From Antedon mediterranea (Eukaryota > Animalia > Echinodermata), in the NCBI RefSeq assembly GCF_964355755.1, contig NC_092676.1, forward strand, positions 19,176,871 through 19,240,870: 64,000 bases of DNA. Reading direction: 5' to 3'. Numbering within the stretch: position 1 is the first letter of the stretch; each line of letters begins with the position of its first letter. The position numbers were made by a program, and so were the translations under genes. Below the pieces are notes generated by a model. That model was not told the DNA's origin. It did no database searches and saw only the letters and a list, made by a program, of their open reading frames with translations. This document shows, piece by piece, positions 40,006 to 52,300 of the stretch.

Positions 40006-40479
40006 ATTGATAAATGACTAAACAAAAAATATTATTTTTAGAATGAATTTCATTTACTTTAATGACTTTGCAATAATATATAAAACTAGACCATGCAGCA
40101 CAGCATCGTTTGTCATCGATTGAAGATGTCTTGTGTTTCGTGAAAAAGGCATATATTGGCCTTATATTATACCATTCAAAAGAAGACGGAATTAAGTTCA
40201 TTTGGCCCCTTAAGTTAATTAAAATAATGTTGACGTTCTATATCTACAAATAAGTAGAGACTGCTTCACTTGCCAAAACGACGATTGGAATATACCTCGG
40301 AAATCAGAATAGGCGTCGTACTTTATGTCCTTCAATTATAATTTCCTAATATTAATTAAGAAAAATTAACTATAAAATAAAGGTTATAAAAACCGCTTAT
40401 GTCAGATTATTTTTCAGAAATGTGTTGCAAGGTATCGGTTTACGAACGCAAACTGAACTGACAATGATGATATTGGTTC

Positions 40480-40960
40480 AATTATGATAATAATTTATTG
40501 GAATCTTCACTTTTACAACAGTGTCACTCTTTGATGATAAAGGTGCGTCCAAAAAAACTTACAATTAAACAAAATAAGTGCAAAAAATTATAATATAAAT
40601 CATTGCCATTGCCGAGAATAAGAATGTTGATTAAATCTAAATTTTAAAAATAGATAAAAAAGATTAGGCCTAAGTTCCAAAACTTCTAGAGTCATACGAG
40701 AAAGTGCATAATGGTTTCTTCTTCATTTCTGTTGCACAATTTACAACAACCATTAGCATCAGGCATTTGACCATTTAGATGGGTTTTTTTTTCAATCGCA
40801 GCTTAAATGTTAACGATGCTCCTTCAAAGTCAATTTTATCAAGTTAGATATTTAGTTTATTTTTTATACAGTATAATTCAATTTTTACCGTCTTCAACCT
40901 AAATGAGAGAGAGCTCTTTCATAATTGGTATTAAAAGTCCAGTGGGTATCAAAGTTACCA
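40480..40960 (-). mobile_element. Degraded LINE 3' fragment with CCHC zinc-knuckle remnant
   Basis: The minus strand gives ASLTFKLR... and NGCCKLCNRNEEETIMHFLV* (40692-40760), followed by AATAAA and an ATT-rich tail near 40480-40500. Confidence 0.5.
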
Positions 40961-42084
40961 TTTGGAATATATCAGAAAATATATCACGTGTACCATCACA
41001 ATTTAATTAACGTAGTATGCAAAAAAAAATGCGGTTATCAATTCTTCTTCTTCTTCGTATTTGAAGCCAACTTCAGATGTGAAGACTCTGCTCCTCCAAC
41101 TCTGTTTTGCTAGCTCTACTGTATTTGGTTGTGTGGTATTATTCTATGTATTTATTCTTTTACAGAGAGAAACTGACTCTCTGGTCATATTATTTAGGGG
41201 GCTCCATAGGGCGGCCTATATCATTCGGATCTTTCACAAAGATCGAACCAAAGGAAGTGTTTCTTAAATGTTGGTGTCTTGACGCAACGCAAAGAACGCA
41301 ACGAACGCCGGCGGCGGTCGCAAGATTTTGGCAGTGGATCCTAGCGTTGCTCAGTAAGTTTGTTTGTGTAGTGATTATTTAGACCTGTTACGTTAAAGAT
41401 GTATTGTCCGACTTTTATAGGCAATTTTTCTTTTTTTGAAGTTAGTCACTTCTGTGACACCAAATAAAAAAAACCAAAAAACAAACAAAATAATCATTTT
41501 ACTTATAAAAAGACAAAGTAAACGATTAATTTTAACCCAAAACTCATTGTCTGACAGACAATTCATTGTTTTTTTAAACTTTAAATTACATTTTTTCAGG
41601 TAAATAATTTATTATGTGACATTAAAATGCAGGCCCGTATCCAGGGGGGGTGCGTTGGGTGCAGACGCACCCCCCCCCCCCCCAAGTCCCAAAAGGTCCA
41701 CTATTTCCTCGGTTGGTATTTTTTCTTGTCTTGTTTAACTGAAGACAATATCATTATATATATACAAAATTTACATTATCAATGGTATACAAACAAAAAT
41801 ATGCTAATATAAAATGAAAAAATACCGGTAATTAAATTACGGAATCTGAACTGACTACAAACTCGATGTAAAACATGCGCAGTCGATCATGTGACGACAA
41901 CCAATAGCTTAGCGCTTCATGTACGCGGTACGCGGTACAGTGTTTGCTGGAGAAATACAGACAACTTAACCGGCGGTAAAGACGTGTCTGGAATACAGAC
42001 ACTATCGAATACGGCGCCTAAACAAGGCAGGGCCGTAACCAGGTTTGACGGCGGGGTGGATCGTTAAGTTGTTTAGTGGAACCC

Positions 42085-45000
42085 CAGGCCCGTATCCAGG
42101 GGGGGTGCGTTGGGTGCAGACGCACCCCCCCAAGTCCCAAAAGGTCCACTATTTCCTCGGTTGGTATTTTTTCTTGTCTTGTTTAACTAAAGACAATATC
42201 ATTATATATATACAAAATTTACATTATCAATGGTATACAAACAAAAATATGCTAATATAAAATGAAAAAATACCGGTAATTAAATTACGGAATCTGAACT
42301 GACTACAAACTCGATGTAAAACATGCGCAGTCGATCATGTGACGACAAGCAATAGCTTAGCGCTTCATGTACGCGGTACGCGGTAAAGTGTTTGCTGGAG
42401 AAATACAGACAACTTAACCGGCGGTAAAGACGTGTCTGGAAATACAGACACTATCGAATACGGCGCCTAAACAAGGGAAGGCCAACTCAGACAGCGTCGT
42501 CGGGGAGCCTAGCCCCGTTCGCGTTCACTTCATATAGCTTCAGCGCCTAGAAAACCACGACGTTCTATTGACCGTGAGAGTACGTCAGAGGGCTAATATG
42601 CACTTTTATGCATTCATTATTGCCAGCGATCTAACTTACTACTAAACATTAGCTAGGTACGCACTTGTCTGGCGGTATCCCTTTGTACGAATCGTTCAAC
42701 GTTGGGTCGAGACGCGTGATATCAAGTTTCATCCAGGGACCAAAATGTGTAATGTAGTTATTTTCCAGACGAAGTTTACCGACGGTTACCGAAGGGAACA
42801 CGTGTACTTTTTGTCGGGGAATATAATATACAGTAAAAAGCGTTCGCGTTCACTTCGTAGCTAGCTTCAGCGCCTAGAAAACCGCGACGTTTCATTGACC
42901 GTGAGAGTACGTCAGAGTGATATTATGCACTTTATATGCATTCATTATTGCCAGCGATCTAACTTACTACTAAACAATAGCTAGGTACGCACTTGTCTGG
43001 CGGTATCCCTTTGTACGAATCGTTCAACGTTGGGTCGAGACGCGTGATATCAAGTTTCATCCAGGGACCAAAATGTGTAATGTGTTATTTTCCAGGCGAA
43101 GTTTACCGACGGTTACGTCGTGTACTGCGTCGACGTACGCTACACTACAGCAAAAACGAATTATTGGTTATCCGCACTTGGCGGATAACCTCTTGTTATT
43201 GTCAGGATCTTTTTTTTTTTTTTCGATATTCTTCTTTCTTTCCACGAATTTTGTTCGCAGCGTATCTCTAATTCTAGCCAACATATGATTCTATAACTTT
43301 GTTATAAGATTGGCCTGTAGCTGTAGATGTGCAGGACATTTTTTTTTTCGAATTTTGAGTCGCGCAGCGTAAGTTACGCGCGATTTTATGAATTTCAATG
43401 ATTGATCATAGATTAAAAACTAAAAGTCATTTTGTATTGAAACTCGGTGAAAATTTAAGTCATATCTTGCGCAAACTTTCTATGGATTAAAAATGGCATG
43501 TTTCAAATAAAGTTACGCGCGCACGTGCGTTTAAAATTTCAAAATGCGAAAAATTAATTTCTAATCAACTTTCTACGCGTTTCAGGTCATTTTGAACATT
43601 TCAAAAATTCCCACACGTGCGCAATTTTTTTACGCGCGCGTGCGCACTTAGCGCAAAAACATCTTTTTTTTGCTTGATTTTTGTTTTTTCAGCCTTTTCT
43701 AGTAAATTTACCAATTTTCAATCAATTTCGACTTAAAATCACGTCATACGAGCACGTAGAATTGAACAATTTGCGCGCGTTTTTGATGAAAAAGTTCAAA
43801 AATTCGTCAAAATTATACCTTTTTTAAAACAGTCATAGATTCTAAACTCCGTGGTGAACTTTTTTAAAATTTCAGATTCTGGAAGTAGATGAGTTGTAAA
43901 TATCAAATCATGCATCGATATGGCTAACCGGACATTGTGACGTCATTGTATGGCCACTCGAATATAAAATATAGGATTTTTGTCTCTTTCGCATAGCTCA
44001 TCACATTTAATAGAGCGCATCGCCACTTATCCGTATTCCATTTCCCCCCATTTTGTTATATTGTCTAGGCCAATCAATTATCTTTCACATAATCTACCAT
44101 TTTTTAAATTGTGATGACGTCATCATGTGCAAAAGCGTCAATAACTTGGGTCCCTTATTTTCACCTATTCTGCACTGTATGTAGTACGTATACAGAATAT
44201 AGTGTATACCGTATATATTTTGACGTGACACAAAATAGAGAGCGTACTAACATTATTTCAATGGCATAATCGTTTTTCTGCGCGCAATATTCTAACGTAC
44301 GACGTGCACGTGGCCTTTGCGCTGCGGATAACCTAACTCGTCCGAAGTGACGAGTTCAAATCTAGTGTTAATTGTTCTTTTGTTCACCAATTTTTTAATT
44401 TACAAGTAACCTTCTGTACCGTGGGGCATCTAAAATAAATTTTTCATCCATTACTAAACAAAAAAACATGCCATTTTAGCTTAGCCAACATTATAGCTAT
44501 AGTTATTACATTTTCACTATCCTGTATGCCATGAATTTCTCACCACTCGGAAGTCCAGATGGTACGCATGCATACACCTGGGAGGAATAAACTTTTTTCC
44601 CCGACTGAAAAAGGTCTACGCTTGCGTTTTTTAAGCCTCTAGGCCTGATGTTTCCAAAGTATAAAATGCAATTTTTTGAAGACCTGCAGCTCTAGTTTTA
44701 AACATTTTCTTAGCTCAGCCCCAACAATAAAGCTGGTCATATTTCGAAGAACAAGAAGTACATTTTCCGGGACCTAACATCTCTATTTTTCAAACATTTC
44801 TTAGCTCAGTCACAACCCATGATAGGGACTTATATATTTTTTTTCATGTTTTGAGGTATAATAAGTCCAATTTCCGGGATCTCCAACTTTATTTTTCTAA
44901 ATTTTCTTTGAACTTTTATTTTTTAAATTGAAAAATATGGATTGAAACAGTCATCGCGCATCGTTTTTTTTGCACGCAGTATTTTATTTATGCATTATAA

Positions 45001-45433
45001 AAAATGGAAAAAATGGCTACCCTAAAAATCTGATTAAAAAGACCTCAAATGACGCTAGAACGCGTTGCTTCCGGGGGCTTCGCCCCCTGGACCCCTACCG
45101 GGAGCCCTTGGCGGCCCCTGGCCCTCAGCCTAGTGATGCTCGCTTCGCTCGCATATCCCCCTCGTTGGGGAATGTAGCCCCCGCGTCGGGAAGATCCTGG
45201 CGCCACCCCTGCTGAGTTGGCCTCATCATGAAAGCGTTAAGTTCTGGTGTCCATCGTTCAACTAGCCCAAGCCACAACAGAGAGTCTTACATCAGTCTTT
45301 AGAACGTCAAATAACGCCAATTTTTCCAGGGCCTTCGGCCCCTGACCGGGGGCCCTTGGCGGCCCCCTGGCCCCCAGCCATTGTTGCTCGCTTCGCTCGC
45401 ACCCCCCCATTATAAATGCTGCATACGGGCCTG
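42085..45433. mobile_element. Inner full-length (3.35 kb) copy of the same CAG-ended TIR element
   Basis: Same TIRs, flanked by 5-bp direct repeat AACCC (42080-42084, 45434-45438). It has an internal ~275-bp direct repeat (42516-42789 / 42841-43116) and no transposase ORF. Confidence 0.9.
43161..44366 (+). mobile_element. Helentron/DINE-1-like non-autonomous rolling-circle element (HINE-like)
   Basis: 5' hairpin GGTTATCCGC-ACTTG-GCGGATAACC (43166-43190) is followed by a T-rich tract. The 3' subterminal repeat GCGGATAACC (44324-44333) is followed by stem-loop AACTCGTC-CGAAGT-GACGAGTT and ...CTAGT. This is the HINE/DINE-1 layout. Confidence 0.7.
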
Positions 45434-45437
45434 AACC

Positions 45438-46480
45438 CAGGGGCGGATCCAGGATATTGAAATAGGGGTGGCGTAGCTTTGCGAGCGAAGCGAGCAAACA
45501 TTGGCTGGGGGCCAGGGGGCCGCCAAGGGCCCCCGGTCGGGATCCAGGGGCCTACGGCCCCTGGAAATTTTTGGCGTTCTAGCGCATTGTAAGTCGTTTA
45601 AAAACGATTTACAAACATCTCATAATGTCATTTACCAAACACTCTAAAGCTCGCAAATTACGACATGTGGAATATGCAGCTGATACTTACCTAGGGTACC
45701 AAAAGCAAGCTAACAACTTGCCTGTACTTTACATCTAAATTTTTACAACGCGACGATGTTTTTCACCGTATATTTATAAACTTGTCCTAGCCTAGGCCGG
45801 TATTATTTTTTTACACGCGCGCCAGGTCGATCGCGGTCACTATACTTCGCATGCAGCTAAAGTAAAATGACGTCACGTTAAAGCAGGTCGTCACAGAGTC
45901 TCATGCATATTAATGAAGCAAACTTGCTGAGAGTGTTTTCACCACGCAACACATGCGACGCGAGATTTATCGAAACTCCGAGCCATCGACTGACGGTTAT
46001 GTTTTTGACAATTAAAATAACGGCATATTCAACGACCTGGTTTAAACGATCGTTTAAAAAATAGCGGTCGGCTCGATTACATTTTTTTTTTAGTGATTTG
46101 AAAAAAACAAAACACCTCTTTTGTCATATGATGTCATCGCGATGTGTTAATGAGAATCATCGACGGGAAAGCAAATAAAACAACAAGGGTCATGAAATGC
46201 TGCAGCATTGTTAATATTTTAATAGTAATACGTTTTAATAAAATTGAGCCCTAACGGGATAATTTTCATAGGCATACAGTCCTAGCCTTTGTTTTTATTG
46301 TACTTAATAAATGGGCGCGTAGTATAGTAGCACTGACCATGTGGCTTCATCAACTCTATTGATCGTCTGAGGTACCGCTACTCTACAATACGGGAGTGAC
46401 AATCACAAAGGATGCCGACCTGCTTAGTGGAACGCGACCAAGCTCGCCACGTGGCTTTTATCAACTTGCTCCTTTTACAC
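45438..46480 (+). mobile_element. Left portion of a related hAT-like element (CAGGGGCGGATCCAGG terminus), cut off by the LINE
   Basis: The terminus resembles the other CAG...CCAGG ends. Its subterminal GC-rich block (45480-45534) is the inverted complement of the inner element's right arm (45349-45402). No right end is found. Confidence 0.6.
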
Positions 46481-47912
46481 TTATTCATATTCATATTCAT
46501 TTATTATCCAGAAAAAATAATACAAAAACAATACAAAAAGCATATATAACATAGAACAACAACAAGCAGAGAAAAAGCGCAGAACACTATCCTGGCGGAT
46601 TGTCAAAAAGCAAAAAAATATCGCTATAAAAGACTCTCCTGATAGTGCTGGTGGCAAAATAACATTAACAAGGATAAACATTTAACAACCCGGTAACATA
46701 GAATCTATATAAAACAGAATAAAAATTGCAATCATTATAAATAAACATGTCTGTTATATATACCGGAATCTCATCCCACATCCGTGGAAATGAAATAAAA
46801 ACAGAATAAAAAAAAGCATTAGTACGAGACTTCTCATGTCTGAAAACAAGTTTCTCACTTCTACGTTCAACAGGTTTAGGTAGCAAAGCACCATCAATTA
46901 GGAAATCTGTACAGAGGCACTTCACAACAAATTTAACACGGATGAATTTAAGTCTATTATAAATCGTGGGTAATTTTAGAGTCCGTAACCTTCGTTCGTA
47001 TGACGGCCGCATGTCATAATCCATGTGAAAAAAACGTGGGAAGCATGATCGTGTAAAGCGTCTCTGAACAGATTCAATCTGATTGATGGTGCTTTGCAGA
47101 AATGGAAACCAGACAGGTGAAGCGTATTCAATTACAGGCCTAATGATAGACTTAAATAATTTAGGAAAAACGGTCTGATCATTGGTTCTAACACACCTCT
47201 TAATAAATCCTACAAGTTTATTGCATTTACCAGTAGTCAGAGAGATGTGTTTATTCCACTTCAAATCTGAAGACAAGGTAACACCAAGATACTTGTATTC
47301 TGTTACACTTTCTAGTACTTTATTATCAATTTCATAATGAAAATACTGTTTTACTTTCGATCTAGAGATCGACATAACCTTACATTTACTGTTATTTAGA
47401 GACATATAATTATCATTGCCCCATAGGGATATGGCAGTTAGATCGTCTTGAAGCTTCAAACAATCATCTTGATTATTTATTACTCTGAACAACACAGTAT
47501 CATCTGCATATAATGCAATATTTGAGTTAACTACTGATGGGAGCTCACATGTATACAAATTAAAAAGAATAGGTCCCAACACGGAACCTTGAGGTACCCC
47601 CGATAATACATCTTTCCAATCTGAAAGTGAACCTTTGAATAACACTGCTTGGCTACGGTTAATCAGAAAAGATTGTAACCAACTCATGAGCTTACCGGCA
47701 AAGCCATATTTTTGTAGCTTATTAATGAGAAGTGAATGACAAACCTTGTCAAAAGCCTTGGACCAATCTAAAAACACAGCATCAACTCTTGGCGGTTTGT
47801 TTACATCTAAACATTTAGCCCATTGGTGGTAAATTGTGGCAAGCTGTGTTACACACGATCTTTTGTTACAGAAACCATGTTGTGTGGAAGGCAAAAGGCC
47901 AAGGCCATTCTT
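46481..47912 (-). mobile_element. 5'-truncated CR1/L2-group LINE with 3' UTR and (TGAATA)n tail
   Basis: The RT ORF above is followed by a T-rich 3' UTR, AATAAA and a TGAATATGAATATGAATAA tail at 46481-46505. No target-site duplication is visible. Confidence 0.88.
46665..47894 (-). CDS. Reverse transcriptase + C-terminal region of a CR1/L2-group non-LTR retrotransposon ORF2 (5'-truncated, uninterrupted 409 codons)
   Basis: Non-LTR RT motifs QHGF..RSC, FLDWSKAFDKV, GVPQGSVLGPILF, LYADD, KYLGV, IRPVIEYASPVW and IESVQRRFTR. There is no endonuclease domain. The ORF track start is TTG, with an in-frame stop at 47916-47918. Confidence 0.93.
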   Translation of the reverse strand: MPSTQHGFCNKRSCVTQLATIYHQWAKCLDVNKPPRVDAVFLDWSKAFDKVCHSLLINKLQKYGFAGKLMSWLQSFLINRSQAVLFKGSLSDWKDVLSGVPQGSVLGPILFNLYTCELPSVVNSNIALYADDTVLFRVINNQDDCLKLQDDLTAISLWGNDNYMSLNNSKCKVMSISRSKVKQYFHYEIDNKVLESVTEYKYLGVTLSSDLKWNKHISLTTGKCNKLVGFIKRCVRTNDQTVFPKLFKSIIRPVIEYASPVWFPFLQSTINQIESVQRRFTRSCFPRFFHMDYDMRPSYERRLRTLKLPTIYNRLKFIRVKFVVKCLCTDFLIDGALLPKPVERRSEKLVFRHEKSRTNAFFYSVFISFPRMWDEIPVYITDMFIYNDCNFYSVLYRFYVTGLLNVYPC

Positions 47913-49349
47913 AGCTCAGTCACAACTCATGATAGGGACTTATATATTTTTTTTCATGTTTTGAAGTATAATAAGTTCAATTTCCGGGACCTCCAACTCT
48001 ATTTTTCTAAATTTTCTTTGAACTTTTATTTTTTAAATTGAAAAATATGGATTGAAACAGTCATCGCGCATCGTTTTTTTGCACGCAGTATTTTATTTAT
48101 GCATTATAACAAATGGAAAAAATGGCTACCCTAAATCTGATTAAAAAGACCTCAAATGACGCTAGAACGCGTTGCTTCCGGGGGCTTCGCCCCCCTGGAC
48201 CCCCACCGGGGGCCCTTGGCGGCCCCTGGCCCTCAGCCTAGTGATGCTCGCTTCGCTCGTCGCATAGCCCCCTCGTCGGGCAATGTAGCCCCCACGTCGG
48301 GAAGATCCTGGCGCCACCCCTGCTGAGTTGGCCTCATCATGAAAGCGTTAGTTCTGGTGTCCATCGTTCAACTAGCCCAAGCCACAACAGAGAGTCTTAC
48401 ATCAGTCTTTAGAACGTCAAATAACGCAAATTTTTCCAGGGCCTTCGGCCCCTGGACCCTGACCGGGGGCCCTTGGCGGCCCCCTGGCCCCCAGCCATTG
48501 TTGCTCGCTTCGCTCGCACCCCCCCATTATAAATGCTGCATACGGGCCTGAAATGACATATTCAACAAAAAAATTGTAAAAATATATTTCATGGCGACAA
48601 TATATTTTAGTTGATTATGTATGGCTACTATTTTATCGTTCCGTTCGTCGGATCGGAATGTTTATTGGTTATGTCTAAGGCAATGGATACCCGTGAGGTG
48701 TGGCCCTAAATTCCTGTGTCAGAAGTAAGAAGAATTAATTCTAAACATAATTTCTGGGATATCATATTATTAGATAATGAAATGTTTCTGAGAATAGAAC
48801 ATATCCGATCCGTTCGGCGAACAGTTTGCAATCCCATTAATAACGTTGATTTTTTTAATTTTTAGGCCTAGTGAATATTTAGATCATCAATTATTTATTA
48901 AATAAAAGTAAACTACTTGTTTGAGGACGGGAAAGTGATCGGTAATTTTGCTATCCATATTAATAAATATTAGGCCTACTCGTGTGAGGACGATTTTTTG
49001 CCCTTAATCTGGCTCTATTTGTAAGTACCAGTGACACTGGTACCTTATTTATTAATATTACCATTTAGGCCTATTTTTATTTTAATATTAAATTTTATTT
49101 CATTTTACCACCAGAATTTTGTAGTGCCAGTTTTACGACCGCACGCATTGCTTTAAGCCCCTGCCATTCACACCCTAAGCTGTGAAAAAATAATTCGAAA
49201 GTACTGTAGTAGTCTTGTATGTCCAGCAGGCAAGTGATCGAATATCCATTTTGGTATGCCGAGTACAACTCGTTTTTCCGCCGCATGGTGTGTTGGGGTC
49301 GAATTTTGCGATCAAATAAAGTTAAAGTTGTAGCAGAAAAACCGCTGAT

Positions 49350-52300
49350 ATGAGTTTACCAGCTTTTATAAATGTTCCAGTAAATGAACAGGTGGGTTTA
49401 ACTATAATTTCTGATTATTAATATCTAGGATCTCCAATATCTAAGCAAATACATAGTTCTGATTCCATATGTTGGTCATACATTCTGTGTAGGCTAGGCC
49501 ACGTAGCAAAAGTAAGTCTTCAAACCTTGCCATACTAGGCCTAGGTGGGAACAGACGATCTTGACCGTGGTCATGGATGGTCGGACCGGCCTAGGCCTAA
49601 ACATAAAAGTTTGAATGATTTGTGATTGTGTGACAGACACATATGTCGTGTTGCAGTTTGTGTTTGCTCTCATTTTCTTTGTGTTGGTTTTGATTTTTTC
49701 TTTTCTCACCGTGTGACCATCCTATGATATATTATATAGTTATAATATTATTTTATAATTGATTGAATTGCCTAGATTCGTACGTAGTAGTGGAGACGTT
49801 TTGAGGGCCAGCAAAGGCCTGATCTCCTCAATGCCAGAGCAAAAGATACGGTACTGTATCGCTAGCCATGGCATAAAAATAATAATATTAATACTTTCTT
49901 TTTTGACATAATATTAATAATAATCTTAATCTTATATTATAGATTAGCAGCACCACTTTATTGCACAAAATTTGTTTGGATCAAACACATATAGAAACGT
50001 TAAGCAATTGTGTCTAATCTTGACTTTTTAATATCTTAAACGTACATTTCAGTTAAGTGAGTTATGTGTGTACGTAAATACAAAAGGTGCTGAGCTTCCA
50101 GTAGAAGTGACGCAAGCAAACCAGTCTGATATTCTTGTACGAGTTATCAGTGATATTGATAAAGTATGGAAAGGAACTGATGACAATGGTATGTGGTATC
50201 TTAAGCTCTGTCTATTCTATCAAACTTTATGTGACAAAAAAATGTTATTTATGGACATGATGATGTCATACCACTTCCATATTTAAGCATATATCGCTAG
50301 CATATATATGCACATCACATTTTTTGTCATATAAAGTTTGATAGTGTAGACAGAGGCTTAAGCTCTGCTGTACACTATCAAACTAGTTTGACAAAAAGGT
50401 GTGATGCGCCCAAATATGACAGTGATATGCCCAAATATGGTAGTGATATGCCCAAATATGACAGTGATATGCCCAAATATGATAGTGATATGCCCAAATA
50501 TGACAGTGATATGCCCAAATATGATAGTGATATGCCCAAATATGACAGTGATATGCCCAAATATGATAGTGATATGCCCAAATATGACAGTGATATGCCC
50601 AAATATGATAGTGATATGCCCAAATATGATAGTGATATGCCCAAATATGACAGTGATATGCCCAAATATGACAGTGATATGCCCAAATATGATAGTGATA
50701 TGCCCAAATATGATAGTGATAATATATGATGATTGTCATTGTGTCAATATATAGGCACATCACATTTCATTATAGACAGAGCTTTAGAGTTGTTCCTTCA
50801 GCTCACTATCAAACTAGTTCTTTTATTTTGTGATCCTGTCTTCCTTTTTTGGGAAAGGAGGGCAATCTTTTTTATCAATCTTTTTATTATCCTTTTTTGT
50901 TTTTGTAATTTTTACATACTGTAATATGGCAATGAAAATTGAGTTTTTTTTTTTAAATTCACCTTTTTGCTGCTTTTTTCCTCACAGATGTAGAGTATGT
51001 GTTTAACAGTGTGTTTTCATTGGTACTTTATGAATCACCTGAGGTGATTAAACGTCTGGTTGAACTGCTTACCGAAAAATTAGTCATTGGTAATGGAGAG
51101 AGGGCAGCAATACGACTAAGAATGTAAGAGATTAATAATCCATAATTTATTTTATAAATATTAACAAGATTCACCCCACCCTTAAAACAATCATAAGCAC
51201 TCCAATGTGGAGCTGTAGCTTGGTGGTTAACATGCCAAAGTCTAGGGTTCAATCCTGACCTAGTGCCAGGGTTGTAACTCACAATTCACCCGCTAAGCCT
51301 CAAATGAGACTTAGTTTATAAGCGCAATCAATTATTAAATAGTTTATCGATCCTGTAATTTGTGATGCTATTGGATGCGTATAAAATAAAGTGAAAATTT
51401 AACAAATATTTTAAGATAACCTTAACATTAAGTTTGATATTTATGAGCTTGAACTTTAACCTTACTGTTCTGTCTATTTACTTTCTAGTCTTTATAACCT
51501 TTTTAATGGTGTTGAACCTGAAAAACGACTGGCGTTTGTAGTCTACTGCGGTATGCTTAAACTTGCTTGCAAGACCAAGAACTGTGACCAGATTCCTACA
51601 GATTTAGATATGGTTTGTACAAAGATATACATATAGATATTGCCCCTTGAACAAATAATTTTACAAAATATTTTGTTGAATATGCCATTTTAATTTCACT
51701 TTGAGAACTAATTTGGATGTGGTTAAAAATAAAAATAATAATTTAAATACCAAAATAGTCAACAGGAAGGTTTAGGTTAACAATTTATTTTGTACTTTTT
51801 ATAAGTGAATTCATTAATTTTGAATGTAAATAATTTTATCAAAATGGCTTATTAAAGATTGTATTTATTTGTTTCATGTTCTGGCGACATAATTTGTATA
51901 TGAGTGCAATAACACTTGACTTTTCAATGTAATAAGAATACTGTTTTAATTTTCTTAATCTAGTTTTGTTTAACTTTTGTGTATATTTTACACTCATCTT
52001 TGTATTTGTTAGGTGCGAAAATGGTCTGGATTGTGGAAGCTAACTAAAGATGAGACACATCATGTATTAAAACTGCTGTATGATGCTCTGCAGGAGTGTA
52101 AACACAGGTATTTAAAAACTTATATGTGGTTTGAACACATTATGATGGGTTCCCACCGGGATGCAATGCAATAACATCAGCGCAATGCAATTAATTTGAC
52201 CAATCACGAGGTAATGACAGATATTCAATCACATCATTGAATTGCATCCTAGTGTGAACCAAGCTTTAGCACTAAAAGATATTCTATCACATCATTGTTG

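Larger units (their letters stand above)
41630..48550. mobile_element. Outer copy of a CAG-ended non-autonomous TIR DNA transposon (hAT-like), forming a composite
   Basis: TIRs CAGGCCCGTAT (41630) and ATACGGGCCTG (48550), flanked by a perfect 5-bp direct repeat AAATG (41625-41629, 48551-48555). Arms 41630-42027 and ~47908-48550 are nearly identical to those of the inner copy. Confidence 0.9.
41397..48606. mobile_element. TTAA-flanked MITE (Kolobok-like termini) split by the 6.9-kb composite insertion
   Basis: 41397-41629 joined to 48556-48606 reconstitutes a copy similar to 6690-7016 (AGATGTATTGTCC...GACAATATAT). Confidence 0.7.

Noticed and set aside
44970-45501. GC-rich short ORFs (also 41627-41812, 42045-42260, 48339-48551)
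   Set aside because: They lie in transposon subterminal repeats and show no protein motifs.
46665-47894. RT as a retron, DGR, telomerase or domesticated host gene
   Set aside because: The motifs and 3' tail are those of a CR1/L2-group LINE. There is no ATG start, and an in-frame stop lies just upstream of the truncation.
50378-50763. Four overlapping repetitive ORFs (LGISLSY, PKYDSDM, etc.)
   Set aside because: They are artefacts of the 21-bp minisatellite inside an EIF3M intron.
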